A DNA stretch of 64,000 nucleotides from Squalus acanthias (taxonomy: Eukaryota), in the NCBI GenBank assembly GCA_030390025.1, contig CM059431.1:142540001-142604000 (forward strand), given 5' to 3'. The notes under the pieces were generated by a model. The model worked only from the letters and a program-made list of their open reading frames with translations. It ran no database searches and had not been told where the DNA came from. Of this stretch, positions 1-13,197 are shown one piece after another. Numbering within the stretch: position 1 is the first letter of the stretch; each line of letters starts with the position of its first letter. The translations under genes were made by a program, and so were the position numbers.

Positions 1-39
1 TCACCATTTCCTGCCTTACCCTGTAACCATTGTGTACTG

Positions 40-285
40 TCTCCAGGACCAGTGTGTATCTGAGTCAATGGGACTCTCTCTGACCTTTCTCCCAGTCCAC
101 CTCCAGGACCAGTGTGTATCTGAGTCAATGGGACTCTCTCTGACCTTTCTCCCCAGTACATCTCCAGGACCAGTGTGTATCTGAGTCAATGGGACTCTCT
201 CTGACCTTTCTCTCCAGTCCATCTCCAGGACCAGTGTGTATCTGTGTCAATGGGACTCTCTCTGACCTTTCTCCCCAGTCGATCT
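40..285. repeat. Minisatellite, ~61-bp unit, ~4 copies
   Basis: Tandem CTCCAGGACCAGTGTGTATCTGAGTCAATGGGACTCTCTCTGACCTTTCTCCCCAGTCCAT; reverse complement of the arrays at 24060-24140 and 26473-27150. Confidence 0.95.
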
Positions 286-654
286 CTGGAAGCTCTTTGA
301 ATCGGAAGGGTTCTCTCTGGTTGGTGCTCTCACAATCCTGTGCTGGTTCACCTGCTGTTGTTCCTCAGTCTACAATCCATGTTTACGCCAGCTGTGGACC
401 TTCCTCAATCACTCCGTCATTCCCCGGGAGATCCAATTATGGCAGAGCAGAAAATGAGAATAATATTGATGTTGTGAAGGGGAATGTAGTGTACAATTTT
501 CCTCCAACGTTTCAGATAAGTAAAAGTTCAGGGCCGAGTATTTCTGTTTGATTTTCTCCATTTCCTCAGATCCTCGTCCCGCCCGCCTGGGCTTCTGGAA
601 AATCACCAGAATTCTGGATGGAAATGTACAATTTCACCGTGCTTTAGAGAAACC

Positions 655-978
655 GGCACTATCTGATCTCACTGGGCCCATCCTCCCCGGGATACACACT
701 GCCTGATCTCACTGGGCCCATCCTCCCCGGGTTACACACTGCCTGATCTCACTGGGCCCATCCTCCCCAGGTTACACACTGCCTGATCACACTGGGCCCA
801 TCCTCCCCAGGTTACACACTGTCTGATCTCACTGGGAGCATCCTCCCCGGGTTACACACTGTCTGATCTCACTGGGCCCATCCTCCCCGGGTTACACACT
901 GTCTGATCTCACTGGGCCCATCCTCCCCGGGTTACACACTGTCTGATCTCACTGGGCCCATCCTCCCCAGGTTACACA
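655..978. repeat. Minisatellite, 40-bp unit, ~8 copies
   Basis: Tandem GGTTACACACTGTCTGATCTCACTGGGCCCATCCTCCCCG. Confidence 0.95.
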
Positions 979-979
979 A

Positions 980-2575
980 TAATAGAAACTTACAGCACAG
1001 AAGGAGGGCATTCGGCCTATCTTGTCCGTGCCGGCCAACAAAGAGCTATCCACGACGCTTGCGTCTGCGCTCACTCGGAGGTCGAACTCCAAACCATCAT
1101 CAACACCTTCACCGAAGCGTATGAGAGCATGGGCCTTACACTAAACATCCGTAAGACAAAGGTCCTCTACCAACCCGCCCCCACCACACAGTACTGCCTC
1201 CTGATTATCAAAATCCACGAAAAGGCCTTGGACAACGTGGACCACTTTCCATACCTCGGGAGCCTACTGTCAACAAGGGCAGACGTCGACGAAGAAGTCC
1301 TACACCGCCTTCAGTGTGCCAGTGCAGCCTTTGGTCGTGTGAGGAAGAGAGTGTTTGAAGACCAGGACCTCAAACCCGGCACTAAGCTCATGGTCTACAG
1401 AGCAGCAGTGATACCTGCCCTGCTGTATGTCTCAGAGACATGGACCATGTACAGCAGGCACCTTAATGCACTGGAGAGGTACCACCAGCGCTGCCTCCGC
1501 AAGATCCTGCAAATCCATTGGCAGGATAGGCGCACCAACGTCAGTGTTCTTGCTCAGGCCAACACCCCAGCAGCGAAGCTTTGACCACGCTCGATCAGCT
1601 CCGATGGACGGGTCACACTGTCCGCATGCCCGATACGAGACTCCCAAAACAAGCGCTCTACTCAGAGCTCCGACACGGCAAGAGAGTCCCAAGTGGACAG
1701 AGGAAACGCTTCAAGGACACCCTCAAAGCCTCCTTGAAAAAGTGTAACATCCCCACCGACACCTGGGAATCCCTGGCCCAAGACCGCACAAAGTGGAGGA
1801 GAAGCATCCGGGAAGGCGCCGAACACCTCGAGTCTCTTCGCCGGGAGCAAGCGGAAGCCAAGCACAGGCAGTGCAAGGAGCGCACCACCCGCCCCTTCAA
1901 CCACCGTCTGCCCCACCTGTGACAGAGACTGTAGGTCCCGCATTGGACTCATCAGTCACCGGAGAACTCATTTTTGATGTAGAAGCAAGTCATCCTCGGT
2001 TCCGAGGGACTGCCCAAGAAGATGATCATCCACCCTAATCCTACTTTCCAGCACTTGGTCCATAGCCTTGTAGGTTACGGCACTTCAAGTGCATATCCAA
2101 GTACTTTTTAACTGTGATGAGGGTCTCTGCCTCTTCCACCCTTTCAGGCAGTGAGTTCCAGACCTCCACCACCCTCTGGGTGAAAAACATTCTCCTCAAA
2201 TCCCCTCTAATTCTTCGACCAACCGCTTTAAATCTATGCCCCCTGGTTATTGACCCTTCTGCTAAGGGAAATAGGTCTTTCCTATCCACTCTATCTAGGC
2301 CCCTCATAATTTTATACACCTCAATTAGGTCTCTCCTCAGCCTCCTCTGTTCCAAAGAAAATAACCCCAGCCTATCCAATCTTCCACATAGCTAAAATTC
2401 CCCAGCCCAGGGAAAATCCTCGTAAATCTCCTCTGCACCCCCTCTAGTGCAATCACATCCTTCCTGTAATATGGTGACCAGAACTGCATGCAGTATTCTA
2501 GCTGCGGCCTAACTCGTGTTTTATACAGTTCAAGCATAACCTTCCTGCTCTTGAATTCTATGCCTCGGCTAAGAA
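980..2575 (-). mobile_element. CR1 LINE 3' fragment, interrupted by an RTE insertion
   Basis: ORFs 2041-2379 and 2337-2699 carry CR1 ORF2 C-terminal motifs ([40 protein letters not shown]); 3' tail at 980-1050. Confidence 0.9.
1054..2027 (+). mobile_element. RTE-clade LINE, 5'-truncated
   Basis: RT C-terminus (GLTLNIRKTKV, FPYLGS, LRWTGH..RMPD.RLPKQALY); 3' hairpin TCCTCGGTTCCGAGGGA; 6-bp TSD ATCCAC at 1048-1053 and 2028-2033; one frameshift. Confidence 0.9.
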
Positions 2576-2761
2576 AGATCTTTCGCCCCGGTCCATCCAC
2601 TAGAGGGTGCACAGGAGATGTAATTTTTTTCACCCAGAGGGTGGTGGGGGTCTGGAACTCACTGCCTGAAAGGGTGGTAGAGGTAGAGACCCCCAGCACA
2701 TTTAAAAAGTACTTGGGTGTACACTTGAAGAGCCATAACGTACAGGGCTACGGACCAAGAG

Positions 2762-5110
2762 TCTGCAGGACGAGTTCATGGAATGCATTTGGGACAGTTT
2801 CCTAGAATAATATGTCATGGAACCAACCAGGGAACAGGGAATTTTAGATCTTATACTGTGTAATGAGACAGGGTTAATTAGCAATCTCATAGTAAAGGAT
2901 CCTCTGCGGCAGAGTGATCATAACATGATAGAATTTCACATTCATTTTGAGAGTGACTTGCCTAAGTCCGAAACTAGAGTCTCAAACTTAAATAAAGCCA
3001 ATTACATAGGTATGAGGGGCAAGTTCGCTAAGGTAGATTGGAAAAATAGATTAAAAGGTGCGGTGGTAGATAAGCAGTGGCTAGCATTTAAAGAAATATT
3101 TCATAATTCTCAACAAAAATACATTCCATTGAGAAACAAAAACTCCACGGGAAAAGTGATCCAACCGTGGCTAACTAAAGAAGTTATGGATAGCATTAGA
3201 TTGAAAGATGATGATTATAATGTTGCAAAGAATAATATTAAGTTTGAGGATTGGGAGAGTTTCAGAAACCAGCAAAGGTTAACCAAAAAATTGGAAAAAA
3301 AACAGGAAAAAATGGAATGAGAGAAAACTAGCAAGAAATATAAAAGCAGATTGTAAGAGCTTCTACAATATGTAAAAAGGAAGAGAGTAGCAAAAGTTAA
3401 CGTTGGTCCCTTAGAGGCTGAGACAGGAGAAATTATTAACGTAATTAATATAAGTAGAGAAAAAGTACTAGAGAAACTAATGGGACTAAAAGCCGACAAA
3501 TCCCCTGGACCTGACAGCCTACATCCTAGGGTTCTAAAAGAAGTGGCTGAAGAGATAGTGGATGCTTGGTTTTGATCTTCCAAAATTCCCTAGATTCTGG
3601 AATGGTCCCAGCAGATTGGAAGGTCGCAAATGTAACACCGCTATTCAAGAAAGGAGCGAGAGAAAAACCAGGGAACTACAGGCCAGTTAGCCTGACATCA
3701 GTCGTCGGGAAAATGCTGGAATCCATTGTTAAGAAAGTGGTATCAGGGTACTTAGAAAAATCATAACATGATTAGGCAGAGTCAACATGGTTTTATGAAA
3801 GGGAAATCATGTTTGACAAATTTATTAGAGTTTTTTGAGAATATAACTAGCAGGGTAGATAATGGGGAACCAGTGGATGTAGTATATTTGGATTTCCAAA
3901 AGGCAATTGATAAGGTGCCACATAAAAAGGTTATTACACAAGATTCGGGCTCATGGGGTTGGGGGTAATATAGTAGCATGGATAGAGGAATGGTTAATGG
4001 ACAGAAAACAGAGAGTAGGGATAAACGGATCTTTTTCAGGTTGGCAGGCTGTAACTAGTGGGGTGCTGCAAGGATCAGTGTTGGGGCCTCAGCTATTTAC
4101 AATCTATATTAATGACCAAGATGAAGGGACCGAGTATAATGTATCCAGGTTTGCTGACAATACAAAGCTAGGTGGGACAGTAAGCTGCAAGCAGAACACA
4201 GAGTCTGCAAAGGGACATAGATAGACCAAGTGAGTGGGCAGTAAGGTGGCAGATGGAGTATAATGTAGGGAAATGTGAGGTTATTCACTTTGGTAGGAAG
4301 AATAGAAAAGCAGAATATTTTTAAAATGATGAGAAACTTTTAAATGTTGGTGTTGAGAGAGATTTGGATGTCCTCGTGCAAGAAACACAGAAAGCTAGCA
4401 TACAGGGACAGCAAGCAATAAATAAGGCAATGGCATGTTGGCCTTTATTGCAAGGGTGTTGGAGTATAAGAGTAAGGAAGTCTTGCTCCAATTGTACAGG
4501 GCCTTGGTGAGACCACACCTGGAGAACTGAGCCCAGTTTTGGTCTCCTTATCTAAGGAAGGATATACTTGCCTTGAAGGAGGTGCAACAAAGGTTCACTA
4601 GATTGATTCCTGGGATGAGAGTGCTGTCCTATGATGAGAGATTATGTAGAATGGGCCGATACTCTCTGGAGTTTAGAAGAATGAGAGGTGATCTCATTGA
4701 AACATACAGGATTCTGAAGGGGATTGACAGGGTAGATGCTGAGAGGTTGTTTCCCCCTGGCTGGAGTGTCCAGAACTCAGGGGCAGAATCTCAGGATAAG
4801 GAGTCGGCCATTTCAGACGGAGATAAGGAGGAATTTCTTCACTCAGAGGGCTGCGAATATGTGAAATTCTCTGCCCCAGAGGGCTGTGAATCTGTGGAAC
4901 TCTCTGCCCCAGGGGGCTGTGAGTGCTGAGTCTCTGATTATATTCAAGGCTGAGATAGATGGATTGCTGGATCTGATTGAATGTTGGAGCAGGCTCGGGG
5001 CCGCGTCACCCACTCCTGCTCCTGATGTTGTGAGAGAGATGGATTGTTTGATCTGATTGAATGGTGGAGCAGGCTCGGGGCCGGGTCACCCACTCCTGCT
5101 CCTGATGTTC
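2762..5110 (+). mobile_element. CR1 LINE ORF2 remnant with duplicated 3' tail
   Basis: Fragmented ORFs with endonuclease end (LDLIL..SDHN), RT ([20 protein letters not shown]) and C-terminal motifs; many stops and frameshifts. Confidence 0.9.
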
Positions 5111-5212
5111 TGAAGGAGCTGGAAAGTGGGTCTGGGGAGGATCGCTCTCTGTCGGCCGGCGGGGACAAGACTCCTTCTGTGCTGTAAATCTCTGTGATTC
5201 TCTGATCCCCAA

Positions 5213-5720
5213 ACTCACCCGCACCATCGCCGCCCGCCCAGTCTGTGATCCGGCTCCATCCGCCGCTTCTCAGTCTGGTTCCCAGCCTCTCCCCGGTAAC
5301 TCGGCCATTTTATCTCCGGGACCGTTTCTTCCTCAAGGAATTTTACTTCCTCCAGGGACCAGACTGGGGTGGGGTCAGTACCGAGCATGCGCACTGCGGC
5401 CACAGTGTCCACAAGAGCTATAAATAATGTCGATCACTGAGCTCGTCTCATCTATTGGGTGCGACTCATAGATTGACTGCCGCATACAGCCAATGGGAGC
5501 CCGGACCGCCACAGGGCCCCGCCCAGTATGCTGAAGAACCGCTGTCGCGCCGGGGTCACGTGTCTCCTGACATGTCCTCCCGCGCGGCCGTTCAACCGCC
5601 TCAGCGCGAGCGCGGGAGCGCGCGGATGACGTCATAGCTTCTCCCACAGCGGCTGCCGTTCCTGATGGTCGAGGCCACTCCAAGTGCGCCTGCGCCAGAC
5701 TCACTCTTAAGGAATACCTC
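5213..5720 (-). promoter_or_regulatory. CpG-rich promoter-like region with a candidate first exon facing left
   Basis: CpG-dense; YY1-like GGCCATTTT 5303, NRF1-like GCATGCGC 5385, ATTGG 5454, CCAAT 5490, E-box CACGTG 5557, CRE TGACGTCA 5627; on the minus strand GCGATGGTGCGG|GTGAGT splice donor at 5218. Confidence 0.55.
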
Positions 5721-5804
5721 ACTCTGTCAGAGCTGGTACTGGTCCCACTCCTGCAGTATTAACAGTGAGCCTTATCTCACAGCACTGGTGAATCCCTCAC
5801 TCTG

Positions 5805-8800
5805 TCAGACTGAACCCCCCCTCTCTCAGACTGAACCGTTCCCTCTCTCAGACTGAACCGCCCCTCTCTCAGACTGAACCGTCCCCTCTCTCAGGCTGAA
5901 CCGTCCCCTCTCTCAGACTGAACCGCCCCCTCTCTCAGACTGAACCGCCCCTCTCTCAGACTGAACCGTCCCCTCTCTCAGACTGAACACCCCCTCTCTC
6001 AGACTGAACCGCCCCCTCTCTCAGACTGAACCACCCCCTCTCTCAGACTGAACCGTCCCTCTCTCAGACTGAGCCGTCCCTCTCTCAGACTGAACCGCCC
6101 CTCTCTCAGACTGAACCGCCCCTCTCTCAGACTGAACACACCCTCTCTCAGACTGAACCCCCCCTCTCTCAGACTGAACCGTCCCCTCTCTCAGACTGAA
6201 CCGTTCCCTCTCTCAGACTGAACCGCCCCTCTCTCAGACTGAACCGTCCCCTCTCTCAGACTGAACCGACCCTCTCTCAGACTGAACCGCCCCCTCTCTC
6301 AGACTGAACCGTTCCCTCTCTCAGACTGAACCGCCCCACTCTCAGACTGAACCGCCCCTCTCTCAGACTGAACACACCCTCTCTCAGACTGAACCGCCCC
6401 CTCTCTCAGACTGCACCGTTCCCTCTCTCAGACTGACCCGTCCCCTCTCTCAGACTGAACCCCCCCTCTCTCAGACTGAATCGTCCCCTCTCTCAGACTG
6501 AACTGCCCCCTCTCTCAGAGTGAACCGTCCCCTCTCTCAGATTGAACCGTCCCCTCTCTCATACTGAACCCCCCCTCTCTCAGACTGAACCCCCCCCTCT
6601 CTCAGACTGAACCGTCCCCTCTCTCAGACTGAACCCCCCCCTCTCAGACTGAACGGTCCCCTCTCTCAGACTGAGCCGTCCCCTCTCTCAGACTGAACCG
6701 TCCCCTCAGACTGAAGCGTCCCCTCTCTCAGACTGAACACCCCCCTCTCTCAGACTGAAACCCCCTCTCTCAGCCTGAACCCCCCTCTCTCTCAGACTGA
6801 ACCCCCCCTCTTTCAAACTGAACCGTCCCCTTGCTCAGTCTGAACCACCCTCTCTCTCAGACTTAACCCCCCCCCCTCTCTCAGACTGAACCACGCCTCT
6901 CTCAGACTGAACCGCCCCCTCTCTCAGACTGAACCGTCCCCTCTCTCAGGCTGAACGGTCCCCTCTTTCAGACTGAACCGCCCCCTCTCTCAGACTGAAC
7001 CGTCCCCTCTCTCAGACTGAACCGTCCCCTCTCTCAGACTGAACCGTCCCCTCTCTCAGACTGAACCGTCCCCTCTCTCAGACTGAACCGTCCCCTCTCT
7101 CAGACTGAACCGTCCCCACTCTCAGAATGAACCCCCCCTCTCTCAGACTGAACCCTCACTATCTCAGTCTGAATCCCCCCTCTCTCAGACTGAACCCCCC
7201 CCTCTCTCAGAATGAACCCCCCCTCTCTCAGACTGAATCGACCTCTCAGACTGAACCGCCCCCTCTCTCAGACTGAACCGTTCCCTCTCTCAGACTGAAC
7301 CATCCACTTTCTCAGACTGAACCCCGCCTCTCTCAGACTGAACCGTCCCCTCTCTCAGACTGAACCGTTCCCTCTCTCAGACTGAACCGTCCCCTCTCAC
7401 AGACTGAACCCCCCCTCTCTCAGACTGAACCCCCCCTCTCTCAGACTGAACCGTCCCCTCAGACTGAACCGTCCCCTCTCTCAGACTGAACCCCCACCTC
7501 TCTCAGACTGAAAACCCCTCTCTCAGCCTGATCCCCCCTCTCTCTCAGACTGATCCCCCCCTCTTTCAGACTGAACCGACCCCTCTCTCAGACTGAACCG
7601 TCCCCTCTCTCAGACTGAACCCCCCCTCTCTCAGACTGAACCCCCCCTCTCTCAGACTGAACTGTCCCCTCTCTAAGACTGAACCCCCCCTCTCTCAGAC
7701 TGAACCACCCTCTCTCAGACTGAATCGTCCCCTCTCTCAGACTGAACCGCCCCTCTCAGACTGAACCGTCCCCTCTCTCAGACTGAACCGCCCCCTCTCT
7801 CAGACTGAACCACCCCCTCTCTCAGACTGAACCGCCCACTCTCTCAGACTGAACCGTCCCCTCTCTCAGACTGCATCCCCCCTCTCTCAGACTGAACCGC
7901 CCCCTCTCTCAGACTGAACCGTCCCCTCTCTCAGGTTGAACCGTCCCCTCTCTCAGACTGAACCGTCCCCTCTCTCAGACTGAACCCTCCCCTCTCTCAG
8001 ACTGAACCGTCCCCTCTCTCAGACTGAACTGTCCCCTCTCTCAGACTGAACCGTCCCCTCTCTCAGACTGAACCGTCCCCTCTCTCAGACTGAACCCTCA
8101 CTATCTCAGTCTGAACCCCCCCTCTCTCAGACTGAACCCCCCCTCTCTCAGAATGAACCCCCCCTCTCTCCGACTGAACCGACCTCTCAGACTAAACCGC
8201 CCCCTCTCTCAGACTGAACCGTTCCATCTCAGACTGAACCGTCCACTTTCTCAGACTGAACCCCGCCTCTCTCAGACTGAACCCCCCCTCTCTCAGAATG
8301 AACCGTCCCCTCTCTCAGACTGAACCGTCCCCTCTCTCAGACTGAACTGTCCCCTCTCTCAGACTGAACCGTTCCCTCTCTCAGACTGAACTGTCCCCTC
8401 TCTCAGACTGAACCGTCCCCTCTCTCAGACTGAACTGTCCCCTCTCTCAGACTGAACCGTCCCCTCTCTCAGTCTGAACTGTTCCCTCTCTCAGACTGAT
8501 CCGCCCCCTCTCTCAGTCTGAACTGTCCCCTCTCTCAGACTGAACCGCCCCCTCTCTCAGACTGAACCGCCCCCTCTCTCAGGCTGAACCACCCTCTGTC
8601 TCGGACTGAACCGTCTCCTCTCTCAGGCTGAACCGTCCCCTCTCTCAGGCTGAACCGTCCCCTCTCTCAGACTGAACCGTCCCCTCTCTCAGACTGAACC
8701 GTCTCCTCTCTCAGACTGAACCCCCCCCTCTCTCAGACTGAACCGTCCCCTCTCTCAGACTGAACCGTCCCCTCTCTCAGACTGAACCGTCCCCTCTCTC

Positions 8801-9135
8801 AGACTGAACCGTCCCCTCTCTCAGACTGAACCGCCCCCTCTCTCAGACTGAACCACCCTCTCTCAGACTGAACCGTCCCCTCTCTCAGACTGAACCGTCC
8901 CCTCTCTCAGTCTGAACCGTCCCCTCTCTCAGACTGAACCGTCCCCTCTCTCAGACTGAACCACCCCCTCTCTCAGACTGAACCGTCCCCTCTCTCAGAC
9001 TGAACCGTCCCCTCTCTCAGACTGAACCACCCCCTCTCTCAGACTGAACCGTCCCCTCTCTCAGACTGAACCGTCCCCTCTCTCAGACTGAACCGTCCCC
9101 TCTCTCAGACTGAACCACCCTCTGTCTCGGTCTAA
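5805..9135. repeat. 3.3-kb minisatellite, ~22-bp unit
   Basis: Tandem CAGACTGAACCGTCCCCTCTCT with variable core. Confidence 0.97.
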
Positions 9136-9169
9136 TCCGCTCCCTTTCGCTTCACTGTCTCAGAACAAA

Positions 9170-9580
9170 AATAGAAATTTCGGTAGCTCCTTTAATGAAT
9201 TAAAATGTCTCGAGCGTAATCTGAAAAATCATTGACTCCAAGTCACGTAAGGAGATATTCGGACAGGTGACCAAATGCTTGTTGACAGAGGGAGGTTTTA
9301 AAGACAGTCTTAAAGGAGGAGAGAGAGGTGGAGAGGGAATTCCAGAGATTAGGGCCTAGGCACTTGATGGCCAATGGAGTTATGAAGGAAATTGGGAATG
9401 TACAAGAGACCAGAATTGTAGGAGCGCAGAGATCTCGGAGGGTTGTTGGGCTGGAGGAGGTTACCGAGATAGGGAGAAGTGAGGCCATGGATGAGAACTT
9501 TAAAATCGAGGCGTTGCTGGACCGGGAGCCAATGTTGGTCAGTGAACACAGGGGTGATGGGTGAACGGGGAGCGGCACTG
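9170..9580 (-). mobile_element. L2-like LINE 3' remnant
   Basis: Minus-strand translation HWLPVQQRLDFKVL...PYL.NLLQP..P.RSLRS, typical of an L2 ORF2 end. Confidence 0.7.
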
Positions 9581-10041
9581 AATACCATCCAGTCACAGGA
9601 GAGAAGTGACCATGGGGACATCATTTCCTCCCCATTCAAGGACACCGTCATTCAGCAGTTAAATGGTTAATGTGTTGGGCCTTCGAGGCGGCTCGCCCTC
9701 CCCGCACTGAAACACCAGACACTGGCTCTGAGCTGTTGGTCTGAAAGATAAACATCAGGGAATCCGTGGAACGGTTCATAAATGCCCAGATAGAGGCGTC
9801 ACCATTCATTCCTAGAGATGGGTCTCTTTTATTGGGTTAATACTTCATAAAGAATTGTTTCTAACTCACTTTGTTCATAGTTAAATGAGTTATCAAATCG
9901 GTTCGATGAGTATTTTGAAACAGCAGCTTGCAGTCAGAGGGCGGAGATTGGCTCAAATCTCAAATAACAAGGATCAGCTCCAATTACCAAACTGTGATTG
10001 GCAGGAAGAAAACCAGGAGCAGCCTCCTGATTGGTGGCAAT

Positions 10042-10795
10042 GGGCCAGAAATTCGGGTCTCCACGGGTGAGTACGCGCTGTGTACTCGCCCGTAGGCCCA
10101 ATGAAAGTGCCGGTTTCGCGCATGCGCTGGAAACTGGAACTTCCGTTCCCTTGAAGGAAGGGGTTCACAGGTCAAACGCGGGCGCCGGAGAGGCAGCGCG
10201 TAGACCTGGAACTTCCGATTTTTTTACAGGTTTCTCCGTGCGGGTCACTCCCGAGCAGCTGCGCGGGGAAAAAGCAGGCGCAAGGCCTGCCTTTAACAAG
10301 GTAAGAGGTGAATTAAGTAAAATTAAAACATTTTTTCCACAGGTTTATTACTTTTAAATACTTTAAAGAAAGGTAAGTTTATTTTTAGCCCCATTAAAAA
10401 CGGTAATTAATTTTTTCAAAAATTAAAATTATTGTTTTAAAATAGTTATTTTAAGTCATTTATAGTTATTTTAAAAATGTGATGTTTTTTTAAAAATTTA
10501 TTTCAGTTTAAGTGCGGTTTTGGGGCCGATCTCTATTCATAGATTTGACAGGTCTTCCTGTCAAATCTATGAATGGAGATTCCCTGCTCCGATTGGCTCT
10601 CCATGGCCCACGAGATCCCAGGGGACGCTTTGAACTAACTGCGCCTCTGGGATACGTGAGCACTGCGCGCCGGCAGCTGGAGGAGGCCCAGGATCGGAAT
10701 CCCACGTGGGCCCACAGCACAACGGCAGGCGCGCTTGGTAAGTGCACCCGCTATGCTTGCACCCGCGGGAAGCCTCCGACCCGAATTTCTGGGCC
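10042..10795 (+). mobile_element. Harbinger-family MITE (754 bp)
   Basis: 18-bp TIRs GGGCCAGAAATTCGGGTC / GACCCGAATTTCTGGGCC; 3-bp TSD AAT at 10039-10041 and 10796-10798; ends homologous to the adjacent autonomous element. Confidence 0.92.
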
Positions 10796-11677
10796 AATGA
10801 GTTTGCAAAGTCAGAACTGGCAGGCTGCACACGGAAAGGAGAATCTGCGGTTCCAGGTAAATTCTGGTCGTAGGCTTCCCGCGGACACAAGCCCCCGACC
10901 TGCACTTTAGAAGCGCGCCGACCTTTGTGCTCTGGGCACGCGTGGAATTCGGTTTTAATGAGGAGGACTCCCGGGCAGCGTCTGACGTCACACCGCCCAG
11001 GAGCGCAGTGTGCGCGGATCCTCCGGCGCGGAGGGTAGGGGAGACCCGCCCTCAGAAGTTGCATTTGCATAGGCCACGCCCCTAACTTTTTTCAGATGAT
11101 CCAAAGCTTTGGTAGATGCAGAACAGCATGGTAAGTAGGTTCTTTGTATTTTTATGAATCTTTTGCTAACTTTTAGAAACTTTTAAAGACTTTTACATGG
11201 ATTGGAAGGATCTTAAATAGTTTTAAAGAGATTTGAAGCAATTTAAAGAGTTTTTAAAGCCCTGAAAGCATTTTTTTCATTCATTTTATTTAATCAGCAA
11301 AGTGAAAGGGCTGGAATGAGCACAATTCACATCAATAAGAGAACTCAGAATTTCAGTGACGATGTCCTCAGCACACTCCTCAATGAGGTTGAGGCAAAGT
11401 GCCTGTGGATCATTGGGAATGAGAATTCCAGGGCGCCGCGCAAAGGACAGATGATAGCTTGGTGAGAGTAGCCCAGGCTGTCGGCGCGAACTCCACCATT
11501 ACACGGACAGCGGAACAATGCCACAAGAAATTTAGTGATTTATTGCGATCTGTCAAGGTTCGTACAGTTATTAGAAAAGTCAACTGTAATATTTCTTTAA
11601 ATTTAACTGAACTAGTTTTAAAAAGCTATTCAATGCATGTGTGTAGTCAAGTGACTTCATTATCCAGGCACCTGAGC

Positions 11678-12291
11678 TTGCTGTATGCCTCAGAGACATG
11701 GACCATGTACAGCAGGCAACTCAAAGCACTGGAGAGGTACCACCAACGCTGCCTCCACAAGATCCTGCAAATCCATTGGCAGGATAGGCGCACCAACATC
11801 AGTGTTCTTGCTCAGGCCAACATCCCCAGCATCGAAGCTTTGACCACGCTCGATCGGTTCCGATGGACGGGTCACATTGTCCGCATGCCCGATATGAAAC
11901 TCCCAAAACAAGCGCTCTACTCAAAGCTCCGGCACGGCAAGAGAGCCCCAGGTGGGCAGAGGAAACGCTTCAAGGACACTCTCAAAGCATCCTTGAAAAA
12001 GTGTAACATCCCCACCGAAACCTGGGAATCCCTGGCCCAAGACCGCACAAAGTGGAGGAGAAGCATCCGGGAAGGCGCCGAATACCTCGAGTCTCTTCGC
12101 CGGGAGCAAGCGCAGGCAGCGCAAGGAGCGCACGTCAACCCAAGCATCCCACCCAACTGCCCCTTCAACCACCATCTGCCCCACCTGTGACAGAGACTGT
12201 AGGTCCGCATTGGACTCATCAGTCACCTGTGAACTCATTTTTAATGTGGAAGCAAGTCATCCTCGGTTCCGAGGGACTGCCTAAGAAGACG
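11678..12291 (+). mobile_element. RTE-clade LINE 3' fragment
   Basis: Closely similar to 1420-2020; 8-bp TSD ACCTGAGC at 11670-11677 and 12292-12299. Confidence 0.92.
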
Positions 12292-13197
12292 ACCTGAGCC
12301 TGCCATAAAATTTTATGGCTTTGGGGCCAGTTCAGGGTCATCCATTGTGCTCTTATCTGGATTCCACTGGTTTGAGTTGTAAAATTTCAATTAGTGAGTG
12401 AAAAAAAACCCTGTCTGCAAAGCAGGCTGTGTCCATGTTTCAAATGCAGGTGGGTGTAATCTGCAGAAAAAGCGGACGTTTCATATTTTCTGTTTTCATT
12501 TTGGAGTAAAACTGTTCCCAACGCCAGAGAGCGTGCACTGACAGGCGGTGGTGTTGTCACGCTAAGGGATTTATCCGAACATGAGGAAAGGCTCGAGCAG
12601 CTGTTTGGATTTAGTAGCGGTTGCCCCTTGGCTGGTGTAGAATCAGACATTGGGATACGTAAACGTGAGTTGCTCTGGCCAGCTATATGTTTAAAACTGT
12701 TAGGTGTGTGTTGAATATCAGCTTCACCTTTGCAAATGTTTACTGTTTCCATTCCACAGGTGTACAGTAGACCTCTGACACACGGGATGAGCAGTGCGTT
12801 GAGTCTGCGGCCGCAGAGGGCATTGGGGAAGGGGTTACTGATACAGTGGGAGCAGTGAGTGAGGTGGTGGTGGAGCAGGAGCAATTTGTGCTTTGTCAGC
12901 TAGTGGAAGAGGAGGGTATGGACCCTGGGTTGCTGCACAGTCCCTCTCCATCTCCTGGCCCCTCTGGTTCTGTGCGAGGCACCGATGACTGTTGTTCCAC
13001 AGACAGACACCAGCCTGATACTGCAGAGCAGGTGAGAGAAGCAGAAAGACATTCAACAGAACGGAATGACTTACAAGCTCCGGTGGAACAGATTGAAGGG
13101 TTGAGGCAATCGATGTGTTCTCTTACTGAGAAGAAAGTTGACTCTCTCGCCTCCATCAGGCAGGGAATTGATGATCTTGGTAAATATGTTAACATGT

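Noticed and set aside
2575..2762. Inverted CR1 piece suggesting twin priming
   Set aside because: The piece duplicates rather than continues the adjacent copy and has no TSD; more likely a separate fragment
5805..9135. Long array of short repeats that might suggest a CRISPR array
   Set aside because: Units are contiguous with no unique spacers, there are no cas genes, and the context is eukaryotic; it is a minisatellite
11459..12190. 243-aa ORF that looks like a Myb/SANT-RT fusion
   Set aside because: Chance read-through from the Myb exon past a splice donor (11558) into an intronic RTE insertion bounded by a TSD
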